From a bacterium (lineage in GTDB: Bacteria > DRYD01): DNA of 64,000 nucleotides. The position numbers were made by a program, and so were the translations under genes. Positions 1 to 9,704 of the stretch are shown piece after piece. The notes under the pieces were generated by a model. The model saw nothing but the letters and a program-made list of their open reading frames with translations, did not search any database and was not told the DNA's origin. Location: contig JBCNVB010000013.1 of assembly GCA_039630415.1 (NCBI GenBank), positions 96,001 to 160,000 of the forward strand, in the 5' to 3' direction. How positions within the stretch are numbered: the stretch's first letter is position 1; each line of letters opens with the position of its first letter.

Positions 1-49
1 TGTCTATCATCTCTTGTTGGTTTCTTGTAGTTATATTTAATTCTATCAT
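1..49 (-). CDS. 5' end of probable YjbQ/UPF0047 family protein (runs off window)
   Basis: GGAGG RBS then ATG at 49; translates MIELNITTRNQQEMID, resembling the YjbQ N-terminal T....E.IDIT pattern; only 16 codons visible. Confidence 0.5.
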   Translation of the reverse strand, partial: MIELNITTRNQQEMID

Positions 50-798
50 ACGTTTCCTCCCAACTCTTGTCTATCAGCTCTCTTTATCCATATCAATAGG
101 ACAAACCCAACAATAATCATCATAATGCAAAAAATCTGAGCTGAAGACAAGTTAAGCATTACAATATTTGACTCTCTAAAGAACTCAACGAAAAATCTTA
201 TAAAACCATATCCAATAAAAAAACTACCCAGAAAAGTACCAGGTTGGTTATATCTTTTTAATAAATACAAAAAGTAAAGAAACAGCATGAGCGAAAGTAA
301 ACTTTCAATAATCTGTGTTGGGTATCTTGTTGTTCCATTAATAAATACACCCCAACTACTTGGCTTACCATAACAGCAACCCGCAAATAAACAAGCTAAT
401 CTGCCAACAAATATACTAAATGGACTTACAAAAGAAAATAAGTCAGCTAATGCTAGAAAATTAAACTTAAATAAAAAACTAGCAAAGTATAGAACTAGTG
501 CGGAAAAGATAATCGATCCAATTATTGTTAAACCACCACTATGAGGATCTATTATATAAACCATAAAATCAAATAAACTATCCACTTCTTCTCTATTAAT
601 TATTAAAAAGCCCAGCTTCCCACCTATATACATCGAAAATACCAGAACAATAGTATAATTGAAAACCCTACTAAATTCCAAGCCAAACCTATTGCAAAAT
701 CTAGAAAGTAAATACACAGAAAGTAGTAAATCTAGGTAAAGTATGGTCCCGTATGTATAAACCGTTAGATTACCTATTTTCAAGAGTACCGGATACAT
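46..798 (-). CDS. lgt: prolipoprotein diacylglyceryl transferase
   Basis: MYPVL..IG..VYTYG start, GRLACLFAGCCYG, YPTQIIES and RFFVEFFR motifs; multi-TM. Confidence 0.92.
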   Translation of the reverse strand: MYPVLLKIGNLTVYTYGTILYLDLLLSVYLLSRFCNRFGLEFSRVFNYTIVLVFSMYIGGKLGFLIINREEVDSLFDFMVYIIDPHSGGLTIIGSIIFSALVLYFASFLFKFNFLALADLFSFVSPFSIFVGRLACLFAGCCYGKPSSWGVFINGTTRYPTQIIESLLSLMLFLYFLYLLKRYNQPGTFLGSFFIGYGFIRFFVEFFRESNIVMLNLSSAQIFCIMMIIVGFVLLIWIKRADRQELGGNV

Positions 799-2311
799 AA
801 TTGAGTACTATTTTAACCCCTAGATAGCCGTTTTCATAGAAAATCTCCGTAGGAGTGCTATTGATAACCGATATTTCTTTTATAATATTTATTCCCAATC
901 CTTTGGTGTCCTTCAAACCACTAAATATATCCTTAACCGATTTATACTTTTCATAATCTGCCCTATTTTTTACAATAACAAAAACCTTACTAGAATCAGA
1001 TTCAATAAGATTAATCTTTACATCATCTGAATTTTTAGTTGCATTATCCAAAACATTGAAAAACATTTGTTGAAACAATTCCACATCAACTTCTACTTTT
1101 CTATCCCTATTCATAACTTTAGGTTCTTCGAATTCTATTTTAGGAGAAAACAATAAAATGGTATCTTGGATTAAAGTAATTATCTCTTCAATGGTAACTA
1201 AACTTTTGTTAACGGAAATTTTTCTAAGCTTAATCTTAGCAAAGTTAAGATATCTATTCACCATTTGATTGATCTTATCCAGATATTTTATAGCATTTGC
1301 TATTTCGGAAGTTTGTTCAACATTTGATAATATTGATTTAACCACAGCTATTGGAGTTCTTAAATCATGAGATATCTCACTTAAAAACTTTATCTTTATC
1401 TTCTCCACCTCGTATATCTCTGTAAAGTCAATCACTATTATCAGTAAATCTTGTTCAATCTCAACTCTTATAACCCTAAACTTCCTATCTTTATAGTCAA
1501 GAATTTCTTTTTCTAAATTATCCAACACATAGCTAATATCGAGGTCATAGGGATTATTAAAAAACTTAACACTTTTTAATTCTGCCCTGCTATCTTTTAA
1601 TAAAAAAACTGAAAAAGGCAAAGACTTGAGAAGATTAATTAGGTTATTTTTCATAATCTTTACACTTTTGAATACCTTTAAAAGCTCATCTTTATATGTA
1701 TAATCTATATCATAAGTGAAGTTACCTGAAGCAACTTCTGTTGAAAATTTACTAACTAAACTTAACCTACTCTGTATTAATCCACTTACCAGAAGTGAAA
1801 ATAATATCGATACAATAATGTAAACGGGCAAAAGTAAAAAATATACCTTAACGATATTTTTTCTAAATTCTCTTATACTCCCTAAGTCAATTTCCAGCGC
1901 TAAACCAAAATCTTTACCATTCATGTATACCAAGCAAAAATAAGTTATAATAAAGTTTTTCCAATCTACAATTGTTTTATCATTCCCGAATCTATACTGC
2001 TTGACAAATTCATCATCCACTTCAAAGTAGTAAGGAAAATAAAAAAGAACATTATAGCTTTTATCGAAAATGATAAAGTATGAATATTCGGGTAAATAAG
2101 GCATAACACTTATAATGTAATCTACACTTAAGGAACTAATGTTGGTATTCTCTAAGTTAGATTTCAATAACTGTCCGTAAGACTCTATTTCTCTTTTTTT
2201 TATCTCTACATAGTACCCAGTAGAAATACTCAAAAAGATAAATAGCATCAAAAGTGATAAAAACAAAGAAAAAATAAACGAAAATACAAATGAAATTGCC
2301 CTAATTGACAT
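770..2311 (-). CDS. membrane sensor histidine kinase (HAMP-HisKA-HATPase, degenerate ATPase boxes)
   Basis: Two TM segments, HAMP-like KDEL region, H-box SEISHDLRTPI, N-box NVLDNATK, GLG G2 box. Confidence 0.85.
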   Translation of the reverse strand: MSIRAISFVFSFIFSLFLSLLMLFIFLSISTGYYVEIKKREIESYGQLLKSNLENTNISSLSVDYIISVMPYLPEYSYFIIFDKSYNVLFYFPYYFEVDDEFVKQYRFGNDKTIVDWKNFIITYFCLVYMNGKDFGLALEIDLGSIREFRKNIVKVYFLLLPVYIIVSILFSLLVSGLIQSRLSLVSKFSTEVASGNFTYDIDYTYKDELLKVFKSVKIMKNNLINLLKSLPFSVFLLKDSRAELKSVKFFNNPYDLDISYVLDNLEKEILDYKDRKFRVIRVEIEQDLLIIVIDFTEIYEVEKIKIKFLSEISHDLRTPIAVVKSILSNVEQTSEIANAIKYLDKINQMVNRYLNFAKIKLRKISVNKSLVTIEEIITLIQDTILLFSPKIEFEEPKVMNRDRKVEVDVELFQQMFFNVLDNATKNSDDVKINLIESDSSKVFVIVKNRADYEKYKSVKDIFSGLKDTKGLGINIIKEISVINSTPTEIFYENGYLGVKIVLNYVSGTLENR

Positions 2312-2316
2312 GCAAT

Positions 2317-3360
2317 TTAAGTTTCCAAGTTAGAAATTACTCGTTGAGTAAATTCCCAAGTTGACAAATAATTGTTAGGACTTAAATCAAAAGTAAAATA
2401 TCCCCGGCTTAACGTTTTGATTACTGCTCGGTAAATAAGGTCGTAAATATGATCGTTATTTAATGAGTATTTAAACATTAAGCCTAACGAAAGGATAGCA
2501 CCTACTGGATTGGCTTTGTTTTGACCTGCTATATCAGGAGCAGACCCATGAATAGGCTCATAAAGAGCTCTTCTAGACGATATACTCGCTGAAGGAAGTA
2601 ATCCTATACTACCAACTAATACCGCAGCCTCATCTGTTAATATATCTCCAAATAAATTCTCAGTAACTACAACATCAAAATACCATGGCTTAAGGATTAA
2701 ATTCATCGCAAAAGAATCTACCAAATGATGTTCTACTTTTACATCTTCATACTCTTTACTTACTTCATTAACTACTTCTCTCCACAATTTTGAAGAAGCC
2801 AGTACATTCGCCTTATCAACACTAACCAAGAATTTTTTTCTTTGTCTTGCAAACTCAAAAGCTATTTTTACAACCCTTCTTATCTCTTGATCTGTATATT
2901 TTAATACGTCAATTGCAACTTTGCCTTTTGCAGATTGATATATCTTCTTTTTACCAAAATATATACCTCCTGTTAGCTCTCTAACGAAGAGTATATTGAA
3001 CTGTGTATTTGTTTTATTACTTTTAACTGGGAGATCAAATATAGGTCTAATATTAGCGAAAACACCCATTTTTTTACGAAGTTCAAGTAGTCCCTGTTCT
3101 GGCCTTACCTGATTCTTTTCCCACTTAGGTCCACCTACTGCACCCAATAAAACTATTCCATACTTTACAGCTTTTTCTATAGTTTCTTTCCTTATAGGAA
3201 CTCCAAACTTATCTATACATACACCACCTATATAGTCCCTCTCTATCTCAATACCAAGCTCAAATTTTTGATTCAAAAGGTTTAAAATCTCAACCGCACA
3301 AGATGTAACTTCCGGACCTATACCATCTCCCTCGAGTACTAATATTTTAGTCTTCTTCAT
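2317..3360 (-). CDS. leuB: 3-isopropylmalate dehydrogenase
   Basis: GDGIGPEV, GAVGGPKW, RELTGGIYFG, VDKANVL, NLFGDILTDEA, EPIHGSAPDIAG. Confidence 0.97.
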   Translation of the reverse strand: MKKTKILVLEGDGIGPEVTSCAVEILNLLNQKFELGIEIERDYIGGVCIDKFGVPIRKETIEKAVKYGIVLLGAVGGPKWEKNQVRPEQGLLELRKKMGVFANIRPIFDLPVKSNKTNTQFNILFVRELTGGIYFGKKKIYQSAKGKVAIDVLKYTDQEIRRVVKIAFEFARQRKKFLVSVDKANVLASSKLWREVVNEVSKEYEDVKVEHHLVDSFAMNLILKPWYFDVVVTENLFGDILTDEAAVLVGSIGLLPSASISSRRALYEPIHGSAPDIAGQNKANPVGAILSLGLMFKYSLNNDHIYDLIYRAVIKTLSRGYFTFDLSPNNYLSTWEFTQRVISNLET

Positions 3361-3365
3361 AGTCT

Positions 3366-3788
3366 TTATTGGCTATTAGTAATTTTTTGTTTTATTTTTT
3401 CAAAATTGGCATTAAGTATAATCTGATCATTTATGCATGCTACCGGATATTGAGCACAACATTTGTAACAATAAGCTGTTTTAACTTCTATACCTGGTAT
3501 ATTTGTAAGTTCATTAATTAATTCCTTCCCACCATTAAAATAACATGAAGTTCCGTTACATACGTAAACTTCAGTTTTTTGGGGTTTCCAAAACCTAAAA
3601 TCTTTGAAAAATGATATAGATGAGTATGCTTCTGAATAAAATATTCCCATCTGATCACATAGCTCTTTTAAAACTTCTTTAGGGATGTAGTCAAAGCTTT
3701 CTTGAATGTCGAAAGCCATTTCTATCAATTTACTTCTGTCTTTACCGTATTTTTCTAGGATTGATTGTATTATTTTAGAGTTTTCCAT
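3366..3788 (-). CDS. NuoE/HydC-like thioredoxin-fold [2Fe-2S] protein
   Basis: IQESFDYIP N-terminal helix, SFF, CNGTSC and CYKCC cluster ligands. Confidence 0.8.
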   Translation of the reverse strand: MENSKIIQSILEKYGKDRSKLIEMAFDIQESFDYIPKEVLKELCDQMGIFYSEAYSSISFFKDFRFWKPQKTEVYVCNGTSCYFNGGKELINELTNIPGIEVKTAYCYKCCAQYPVACINDQIILNANFEKIKQKITNSQ

Positions 3789-3798
3789 ATTGACCTCC

Positions 3799-4533
3799 TT
3801 ATTCTATTAGTTGGAATTTTTCACCTAGGTAATATTTCCTTGCTAATTCATTTTGTGCTATTTCCTCTTTTGTCCCTTGAACTATTACTTGACCATTTGA
3901 AATTATATACGCCCTATCCACTATTCTAAGGGTTTCGTAAACATTATGATCGGTAATGATAATACCTATATTTTTTCTTTTGAGATTGTATATAATGTTT
4001 TGTATTTGTTCAATTGTTATGGGATCGACACCACTAAAGGGCTCATCAAGTAAAAGGAATTTAGGATTAATAATCATAGTTCTTGCTATTTCTACTTTCC
4101 TTCTCTCTCCTCCGGATAGTGTATATCCTAAATTTTTTCTAACTTTCTCTAGATTGAAATCGGTAATTAATTCATCTATTTTCTGTTTTATTATGACTGG
4201 TGAGTTTTTGTAATGGTATTCCAGTACTAATCTAAAATTTTCCTCAACCGTTAAACCTCTAAATATTGAACTTTCCTGTGGAAGATAGGATATTCCATAA
4301 CTTGCTTTCTTAAAAAGGGGCATATAGGTTATATCAATATCATTGATAAATATTTTCCCACTATTTGGTTTAGTAAGCCCTACTAACATATAGAAAGTTG
4401 TAGTTTTACCTGCTCCATTAGGTCCGAGTAATCCAACGATCTCTCCTTGTCTTATTTCCAGACTAACATTATTTACAACAACCCTTCTGGAGTATATCTT
4501 TTTTAAATCAATCGCTCTCAAAACATTACTCAT
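3799..4533 (-). CDS. lptB: LPS export ABC transporter ATPase
   Basis: GLLGPNGAGKTTTFYM, YLPQESSIFR, LSGGERRKVEIAR, DEPFSGVDP, ITDHNV, YLGEKF. Confidence 0.95.
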   Translation of the reverse strand: MSNVLRAIDLKKIYSRRVVVNNVSLEIRQGEIVGLLGPNGAGKTTTFYMLVGLTKPNSGKIFINDIDITYMPLFKKASYGISYLPQESSIFRGLTVEENFRLVLEYHYKNSPVIIKQKIDELITDFNLEKVRKNLGYTLSGGERRKVEIARTMIINPKFLLLDEPFSGVDPITIEQIQNIIYNLKRKNIGIIITDHNVYETLRIVDRAYIISNGQVIVQGTKEEIAQNELARKYYLGEKFQLIE

Positions 4534-5441
4534 AAAGTATTGAAATTCTTTGAAAGAACGATAAATTGTGGTTCTTTATCGTTTAAAACTAAAATAAAAC
4601 CATCACTAAATTTATCCATGTATACCACTTCATTTTCAAACACATTACTTTCTCTAACAGATCCATCAATCTTTGCTAACCTTATTATATTACTCTTGTC
4701 ATATAAAACTATTTCTTTCTCTTCAAAATCAAACCATATCTTATGATAGTTCCCCTCTAACTCAATTCTTTTCATTTCTAGGCCACTTAAGGTATAAAAA
4801 GAAAGTCTCCTTTTTATAGAAGATAGATAGTGCAAAATAACATACTTATTGGAAGAAATATCTAAACTATAAATCGTATGATCCATTTTTATATTTTTTC
4901 TGGAAATAAATCTAAAACCAAAAAAGTTACTAATCTTGAAAATTGAGATGAAAAGATTATTAGCTACGTAGATTTGATTATTTTTCACCACAAAATCAAA
5001 AAATCTTGAAAGTTCAGTTTGGAGAACCAATTTTATGCTTTTGTTGTCTTTTCTGTAATTGAATAACTTAAGTGAATACCTAGTAAATACAATAAAGTTT
5101 GTTTCTCTGTCATTTTCAGAAAGTACTTTTATATTTTTTATTTGTTCCTTGAAGCCAAATTCCGCTTCCTTATTGATAGAGTTAACGTCTATAATCGCTA
5201 TCCTATCCTGTTTTTGAAATACCAGTTTGTCTTTTGAAATGAAAAAAACACTTTCATAATAATCATTCAGTTCTTGTTTTTTTATTAATTTTTGTTGTTT
5301 AAGATCAAATAAGTATAGATTATTGTAGTTTTTGAGAAAGCAAAATAGATTGTTATTTGGGCATACACCTGCTTTACTAAAATTCAAAAGTAGGATTACT
5401 GTAATGATTAGACTATGAATCAGTACCTTTAATATTTTCAT
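4530..5441 (-). CDS. hypothetical exported protein, probable beta-propeller
   Basis: N-terminal signal-like hydrophobic stretch; repeated short beta-strand patterns. Confidence 0.55.
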   Translation of the reverse strand: MKILKVLIHSLIITVILLLNFSKAGVCPNNNLFCFLKNYNNLYLFDLKQQKLIKKQELNDYYESVFFISKDKLVFQKQDRIAIIDVNSINKEAEFGFKEQIKNIKVLSENDRETNFIVFTRYSLKLFNYRKDNKSIKLVLQTELSRFFDFVVKNNQIYVANNLFISIFKISNFFGFRFISRKNIKMDHTIYSLDISSNKYVILHYLSSIKRRLSFYTLSGLEMKRIELEGNYHKIWFDFEEKEIVLYDKSNIIRLAKIDGSVRESNVFENEVVYMDKFSDGFILVLNDKEPQFIVLSKNFNTL

Positions 5442-5447
5442 TTCTTA

Positions 5448-7052
5448 TTAATTTTCTACTATTGGTATCAGCTTAGTTTGCTCTAATTTATATTCGTTTT
5501 GACAATAGGTACACTTTGAGTAATTGTTTTCAAATTTAAGAGTAGTACCGCATTTACATACCCATCCTATCTGTCTTGCGGGTACACCTACAACTAGTGC
5601 GTAATCTGGTACATCTCGATTTACAACAGCACCTGCTCCAATAAAGGAAAATTTACCTATTGTTACACCACATACTATGGTGGCATTCGCTCCTATCGTA
5701 GCCCCCCTCTTTACTAAAGTTTTTCTAAACTCATGCTTTCTTTCTATAAAAGCTCTAGGATTATAAACATTCGTAAACACGCATGATGGACCACAAAAAA
5801 CTTCATCCTCTAATTCTACTCCCTTGTATATCGATACATTATTTTGAATCTTACATCTATTCCCTATTTTAACATCTGGACCTATCATTACATTCTGTCC
5901 TATTATAACTCCTTCTCCTATTTCAGTATTTTTTAAAATATGACAAAAATGCCATATTTTTGTATTTCTTCCTATCTTTACATTTTCATCTATATAACTA
6001 CTAGGGTGAACATAAAACTCCTGTCTATAATTTATACAAGCATGATCTAAATCAATTTTTGAGGATTTTTCAAATTTTCCAGCTTTAAGACAATCTTCTG
6101 CTTTTTTTATTATTCTTAGGACTCTTATAGCTTCATCGGCGTTTGTTAAGGGCTCTGTTTTATTAATAATACAGTCAAGAAAATGATTCAATTCCAGATA
6201 TAGTGGTTCTTCCGTAGAAACAGGTACTACTTTACACTCTTCTTTTTTTGCCATGGGTACTTTACCATTTTTCCACTCCACTTTATGAGGATAGAAAAAT
6301 AATTTTTCCTTAGTTAAATCATCAAAAACCAGCATACCTTCTGATCCTACAATAGTTAGTTTATGCTCTTTGTACGGGTTAAGCCAGCTGACAAATATAT
6401 GGGCTTTTATATTTTGACTAAACTCAAGAGTTGTAAGTGTTATATCAAAAACATTAGGCGTAATATGAGAAATCCCAAAAGCTTCTACTTTTAATGGCTC
6501 TTCCTGAAGAATATACAAAATTAGAGATATATCATGTGGTGCAAAAGACCAAAGGATGTTTTCTTCTGTTCTTAATTTCCCCCAATTCAATCTATTCGAA
6601 AATAAATAAATTATTTTACCGATTTCCCCTTGATGTATTATTTGTTTTATCTTATTTATTGCAGGATGATACAATAACAAGTGTCCTACCATTAGGCAAA
6701 TTCCCTTTTGTTTTGATAGCTTCCTCAATTCCTCTGCCTCTTCTATGTTTAATGATAAAGGTTTTTCTACAAATGTATGTACATTGTTTAGTATAAATTT
6801 TTTGGCTATTGAGTAGTGGGTAGAAGCTGGAGTTGATATTACAACTGCATCACAATCGTACATGTCTTCAATACTTCTAGCTATCGACAAACTTATTTCC
6901 TGATCTTTATACTTACCTACTATATTCTCAACTTTTGAATGATCTATATCAAAAATGACTATCTGAGTTATTTTATTTTGTTTATGGATATGAACTAAGT
7001 TTCTGAAAATATTTTCTCCCCAGTAACCAAGACCTATTTGACCTATCTTCAT
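5448..7052 (-). CDS. Gfo/Idh/MocA oxidoreductase fused to hexapeptide N-acetyltransferase (WlbA/WbpB + WlbB/WbpD-like)
   Basis: [19 protein letters not shown] in N-half; [42 protein letters not shown] in C-half. Confidence 0.9.
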   Translation of the reverse strand: MKIGQIGLGYWGENIFRNLVHIHKQNKITQIVIFDIDHSKVENIVGKYKDQEISLSIARSIEDMYDCDAVVISTPASTHYSIAKKFILNNVHTFVEKPLSLNIEEAEELRKLSKQKGICLMVGHLLLYHPAINKIKQIIHQGEIGKIIYLFSNRLNWGKLRTEENILWSFAPHDISLILYILQEEPLKVEAFGISHITPNVFDITLTTLEFSQNIKAHIFVSWLNPYKEHKLTIVGSEGMLVFDDLTKEKLFFYPHKVEWKNGKVPMAKKEECKVVPVSTEEPLYLELNHFLDCIINKTEPLTNADEAIRVLRIIKKAEDCLKAGKFEKSSKIDLDHACINYRQEFYVHPSSYIDENVKIGRNTKIWHFCHILKNTEIGEGVIIGQNVMIGPDVKIGNRCKIQNNVSIYKGVELEDEVFCGPSCVFTNVYNPRAFIERKHEFRKTLVKRGATIGANATIVCGVTIGKFSFIGAGAVVNRDVPDYALVVGVPARQIGWVCKCGTTLKFENNYSKCTYCQNEYKLEQTKLIPIVEN

Positions 7053-7131
7053 TGGTTATATATTTCTACAAAACCTACTATAATCTTCCTACAATGCAAG
7101 AAAAAGATAATATTTGTTGAATTTTGCCAAT

Positions 7132-8232
7132 ATGGATAGTGAAGTAATTCAAGAATTGTTAAAATTAGTACGGATAAGATCTGTAAGTGGTAGAGAAAAT
7201 GAATTAGCTGATTACATATCTCAACAAATCCCTTCAGACCTTAATATAATAAGAAAAAGAAATACAATTGTGGCTTATAGAAGTTTGAAAAATCACATTG
7301 CTCTAGTTGGACATATTGATACAGTCGATAACGTCAATACTAAAAATGGGTTAATAGAAGGGGATAGATTGTACGGTCTAGGAGCTAGTGATATGAAAGC
7401 TGGAATAGCAATTATTCTCCAACTAATTAAAGAATTCTATACTAAACCAGTACTATGGATATTCTATGATCAGGAAGAAAAAGATTATGATCTTAATGGA
7501 TTACAAATGGTATTTGAAGATTACTATGATCTCGTTAAGGAAATAGATTTTGCAGTAATACTAGAACCTACCTCAAACAACGTAGAGTTGGGATGTAATG
7601 GTGTTATTAACTATGGTTTATGGGTAAGGGGTAAATCCGGACATTCAGCTAGATTTCAATCATACCTAAACCCTTTCTACAAAACATTACCAATACTCAA
7701 TTACTTCAAAAACTATAAACCTAAGCTATATACTAGAAAAGTTCGCTTAAATGCTAAAAGTTACATTTTGCAATATTATTCAAACGCGGTAATAACTTTA
7801 TGTAGAGGGTGTAATGACTATAGTGGACAGGAAAATGTAAGAAATGTAGTACCGGAATACTGCTTCCTAAACTTAAACGTTAGATTTACTCCAAATAATG
7901 AATTAAGACAACTGGATCACAAATTTAGAAAAATTTTTGAAAGACTAGGTATTGACAAGGTAGAAATAATTGATTTTGCTCCAGCAGGAAAAATAATAAT
8001 CAATAAGCATTTAAAAAGATTCATGGAGTGGTATATTTCTAATGGTGTTGACATTAATATTTTGGCGAAGCAAGGATGGACAGATGTAGCTAGATTTACT
8101 TCTTATTCGATACCTGCTATTAATTTAGGTCCGGGCGACCCACTTCAAGCACACCAACAAAATGAATCTGTCTCTATTTCTAAAACCCTAAAACTATATA
8201 GCGTTCTTAGACAATATCTATCAGGGATATAA
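7132..8232 (+). CDS. dapE: M20 metallohydrolase, DapE-like succinyl-diaminopimelate desuccinylase
   Basis: GHIDTV, GLGASDMKAG, YDQEE, GHSAR, GWTDVARF, GPGDP.QAH; ATG 7132 preferred to TTG 7114. Confidence 0.75.
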   Translation: MDSEVIQELLKLVRIRSVSGRENELADYISQQIPSDLNIIRKRNTIVAYRSLKNHIALVGHIDTVDNVNTKNGLIEGDRLYGLGASDMKAGIAIILQLIKEFYTKPVLWIFYDQEEKDYDLNGLQMVFEDYYDLVKEIDFAVILEPTSNNVELGCNGVINYGLWVRGKSGHSARFQSYLNPFYKTLPILNYFKNYKPKLYTRKVRLNAKSYILQYYSNAVITLCRGCNDYSGQENVRNVVPEYCFLNLNVRFTPNNELRQLDHKFRKIFERLGIDKVEIIDFAPAGKIIINKHLKRFMEWYISNGVDINILAKQGWTDVARFTSYSIPAINLGPGDPLQAHQQNESVSISKTLKLYSVLRQYLSGI

Positions 8233-8826
8233 ATATTTTTTGTACCACCTAGAATTTTTCTTGTAATACAGAATTCTTTTATGAAGCCTATGGGGTTTTT
8301 CTTTCCAAATTTCTATTTCTTCTGGTAAAATTATATAACCTCCCCAGTGCTCAGGCCTTTTCACTTCTTTGTCTTTGTACTCTTCTAGATATTTCTCAAA
8401 AAGTTGCATTAGTTTTTTATAGCTTTCTAACTCTTGTGATTGTTTGGATATAATTGCAGATATTTGTGATCCTTTGGGTCTGGTTTTAAAATATCTATCT
8501 GAAACTTCTGGTGGTACTTTTTGTGCAATACCTCTAATCCTTATTTGAATATCCATTTTTTCCCAATAGAATACCAGTGCTATATTTGGATTTTGTGATA
8601 ACTCTTGACCTTTTTGAGATTGGTAGTTAGTATAAAAAATTAGTCCTTCATCATTTATTTCTTTAATTAGTACACATCTACTGTTGGGTTTGTTGTTTAC
8701 GCAGGTTGATATTACTGCCACGTCAGGATACTTAAGACGTAGTTTTTGTGCTTTTTGATAGTAATATTTTACTATTTCTAGTGGGTTTTGGGGGGGTAGT
8801 CTTTTGCTTGATTTATTTTGTTTCAT
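8221..8826 (-). CDS. pdxH: pyridoxamine 5'-phosphate oxidase
   Basis: FYTNYQSQKG, YFKTRPKGSQI, RPEHWGGY, HRLHKR, terminal LYP. Confidence 0.95.
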   Translation of the reverse strand: MKQNKSSKRLPPQNPLEIVKYYYQKAQKLRLKYPDVAVISTCVNNKPNSRCVLIKEINDEGLIFYTNYQSQKGQELSQNPNIALVFYWEKMDIQIRIRGIAQKVPPEVSDRYFKTRPKGSQISAIISKQSQELESYKKLMQLFEKYLEEYKDKEVKRPEHWGGYIILPEEIEIWKEKPHRLHKRILYYKKNSRWYKKYLYP

Positions 8827-9544
8827 TAATATTTGACATTTCTTTTGCTCTTCTTTGAGTTATCTTGGATATGAGATTTTGAGCACCTGATTTGAGGGCT
8901 TTATATGCATAGTAAGATACACCTACTATATCTCCCACAATTGCTATTGCTACTAGATAGGGAGCCATTGATGCAAGAGAAGGTAGCGAGAAAGCAGCGG
9001 CAATTGCTCCAACTACACCCAGCAAGTTAGTAATTACCTTCGCTCCATTAACACCTATATCTATTTTGTTCTCATCCAACAGCTTCTTGAACTTATCTAT
9101 CTCCAACATTAGTTGCTTTTTTTGATCCTCTGATAAACTCTGTATCTCTTTTTGCAATGTCTCTAGCTTTTGCTTAATGGTATCTTGTATTTCTTTCCTT
9201 TGTTTAAATTTATCTATGAATTTCCAGGTATCTAGAGCTAAAGTAACCCCTCTTATAGCACCTAAAAGTATTTTATCAACCAATTCTGAAAAGCTACTGT
9301 ATACACCTGTTACTACATTATCCTTTAATTGTTCTGCTATGGTTTTAAAGACAAAAGCTGGATTTTCTTCAATAAACTCTTGAACACTTTGGGCAGAGGA
9401 AATAAAAAAGTCCTGGGCGTAACCAACTACATCTGCTATCTTACTAGTCAAAGGATTCGAAACATTTTTATTAACATTTACGTTCTTATTTACCGTAGTT
9501 AGATTCACTTTATTTGTATTTTCTATGTTCGACATATGTGTCAT
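8813..9544 (-). CDS. hypothetical protein: N-rich N-terminus, coiled coil, C-terminal hydrophobic hairpin
   Basis: AGGAGGG RBS before ATG 9544 (MTHMSNIENT); longer ORF start 9628 overlaps the regulatory motif. Confidence 0.75.
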   Translation of the reverse strand: MTHMSNIENTNKVNLTTVNKNVNVNKNVSNPLTSKIADVVGYAQDFFISSAQSVQEFIEENPAFVFKTIAEQLKDNVVTGVYSSFSELVDKILLGAIRGVTLALDTWKFIDKFKQRKEIQDTIKQKLETLQKEIQSLSEDQKKQLMLEIDKFKKLLDENKIDIGVNGAKVITNLLGVVGAIAAAFSLPSLASMAPYLVAIAIVGDIVGVSYYAYKALKSGAQNLISKITQRRAKEMSNINETK

Positions 9545-9625
9545 TTTTAATCCCTCCTGTAAAAGTCTTATCCTGTTTATGACTTTGTTATGCATATAAA
9601 TATGTACGTCAGGTAGTTTATTGGT

Positions 9626-9646
9626 CAAATGTAAAAAAAATGTTAA
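9626..9646 (-). promoter_or_regulatory. direct-repeat box TTAACA-TTTTT-TTTACA-TTTG
   Basis: + strand TGTAAA 9630-9635 and TGTTAA 9641-9646; 85 nt upstream of ATG 9544. Confidence 0.6.
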
Positions 9647-9704
9647 ATATTTGTGATAATATCATATTGAAGGCTTTTGCAAATATCTGAAAAATTAATA
9701 TATT

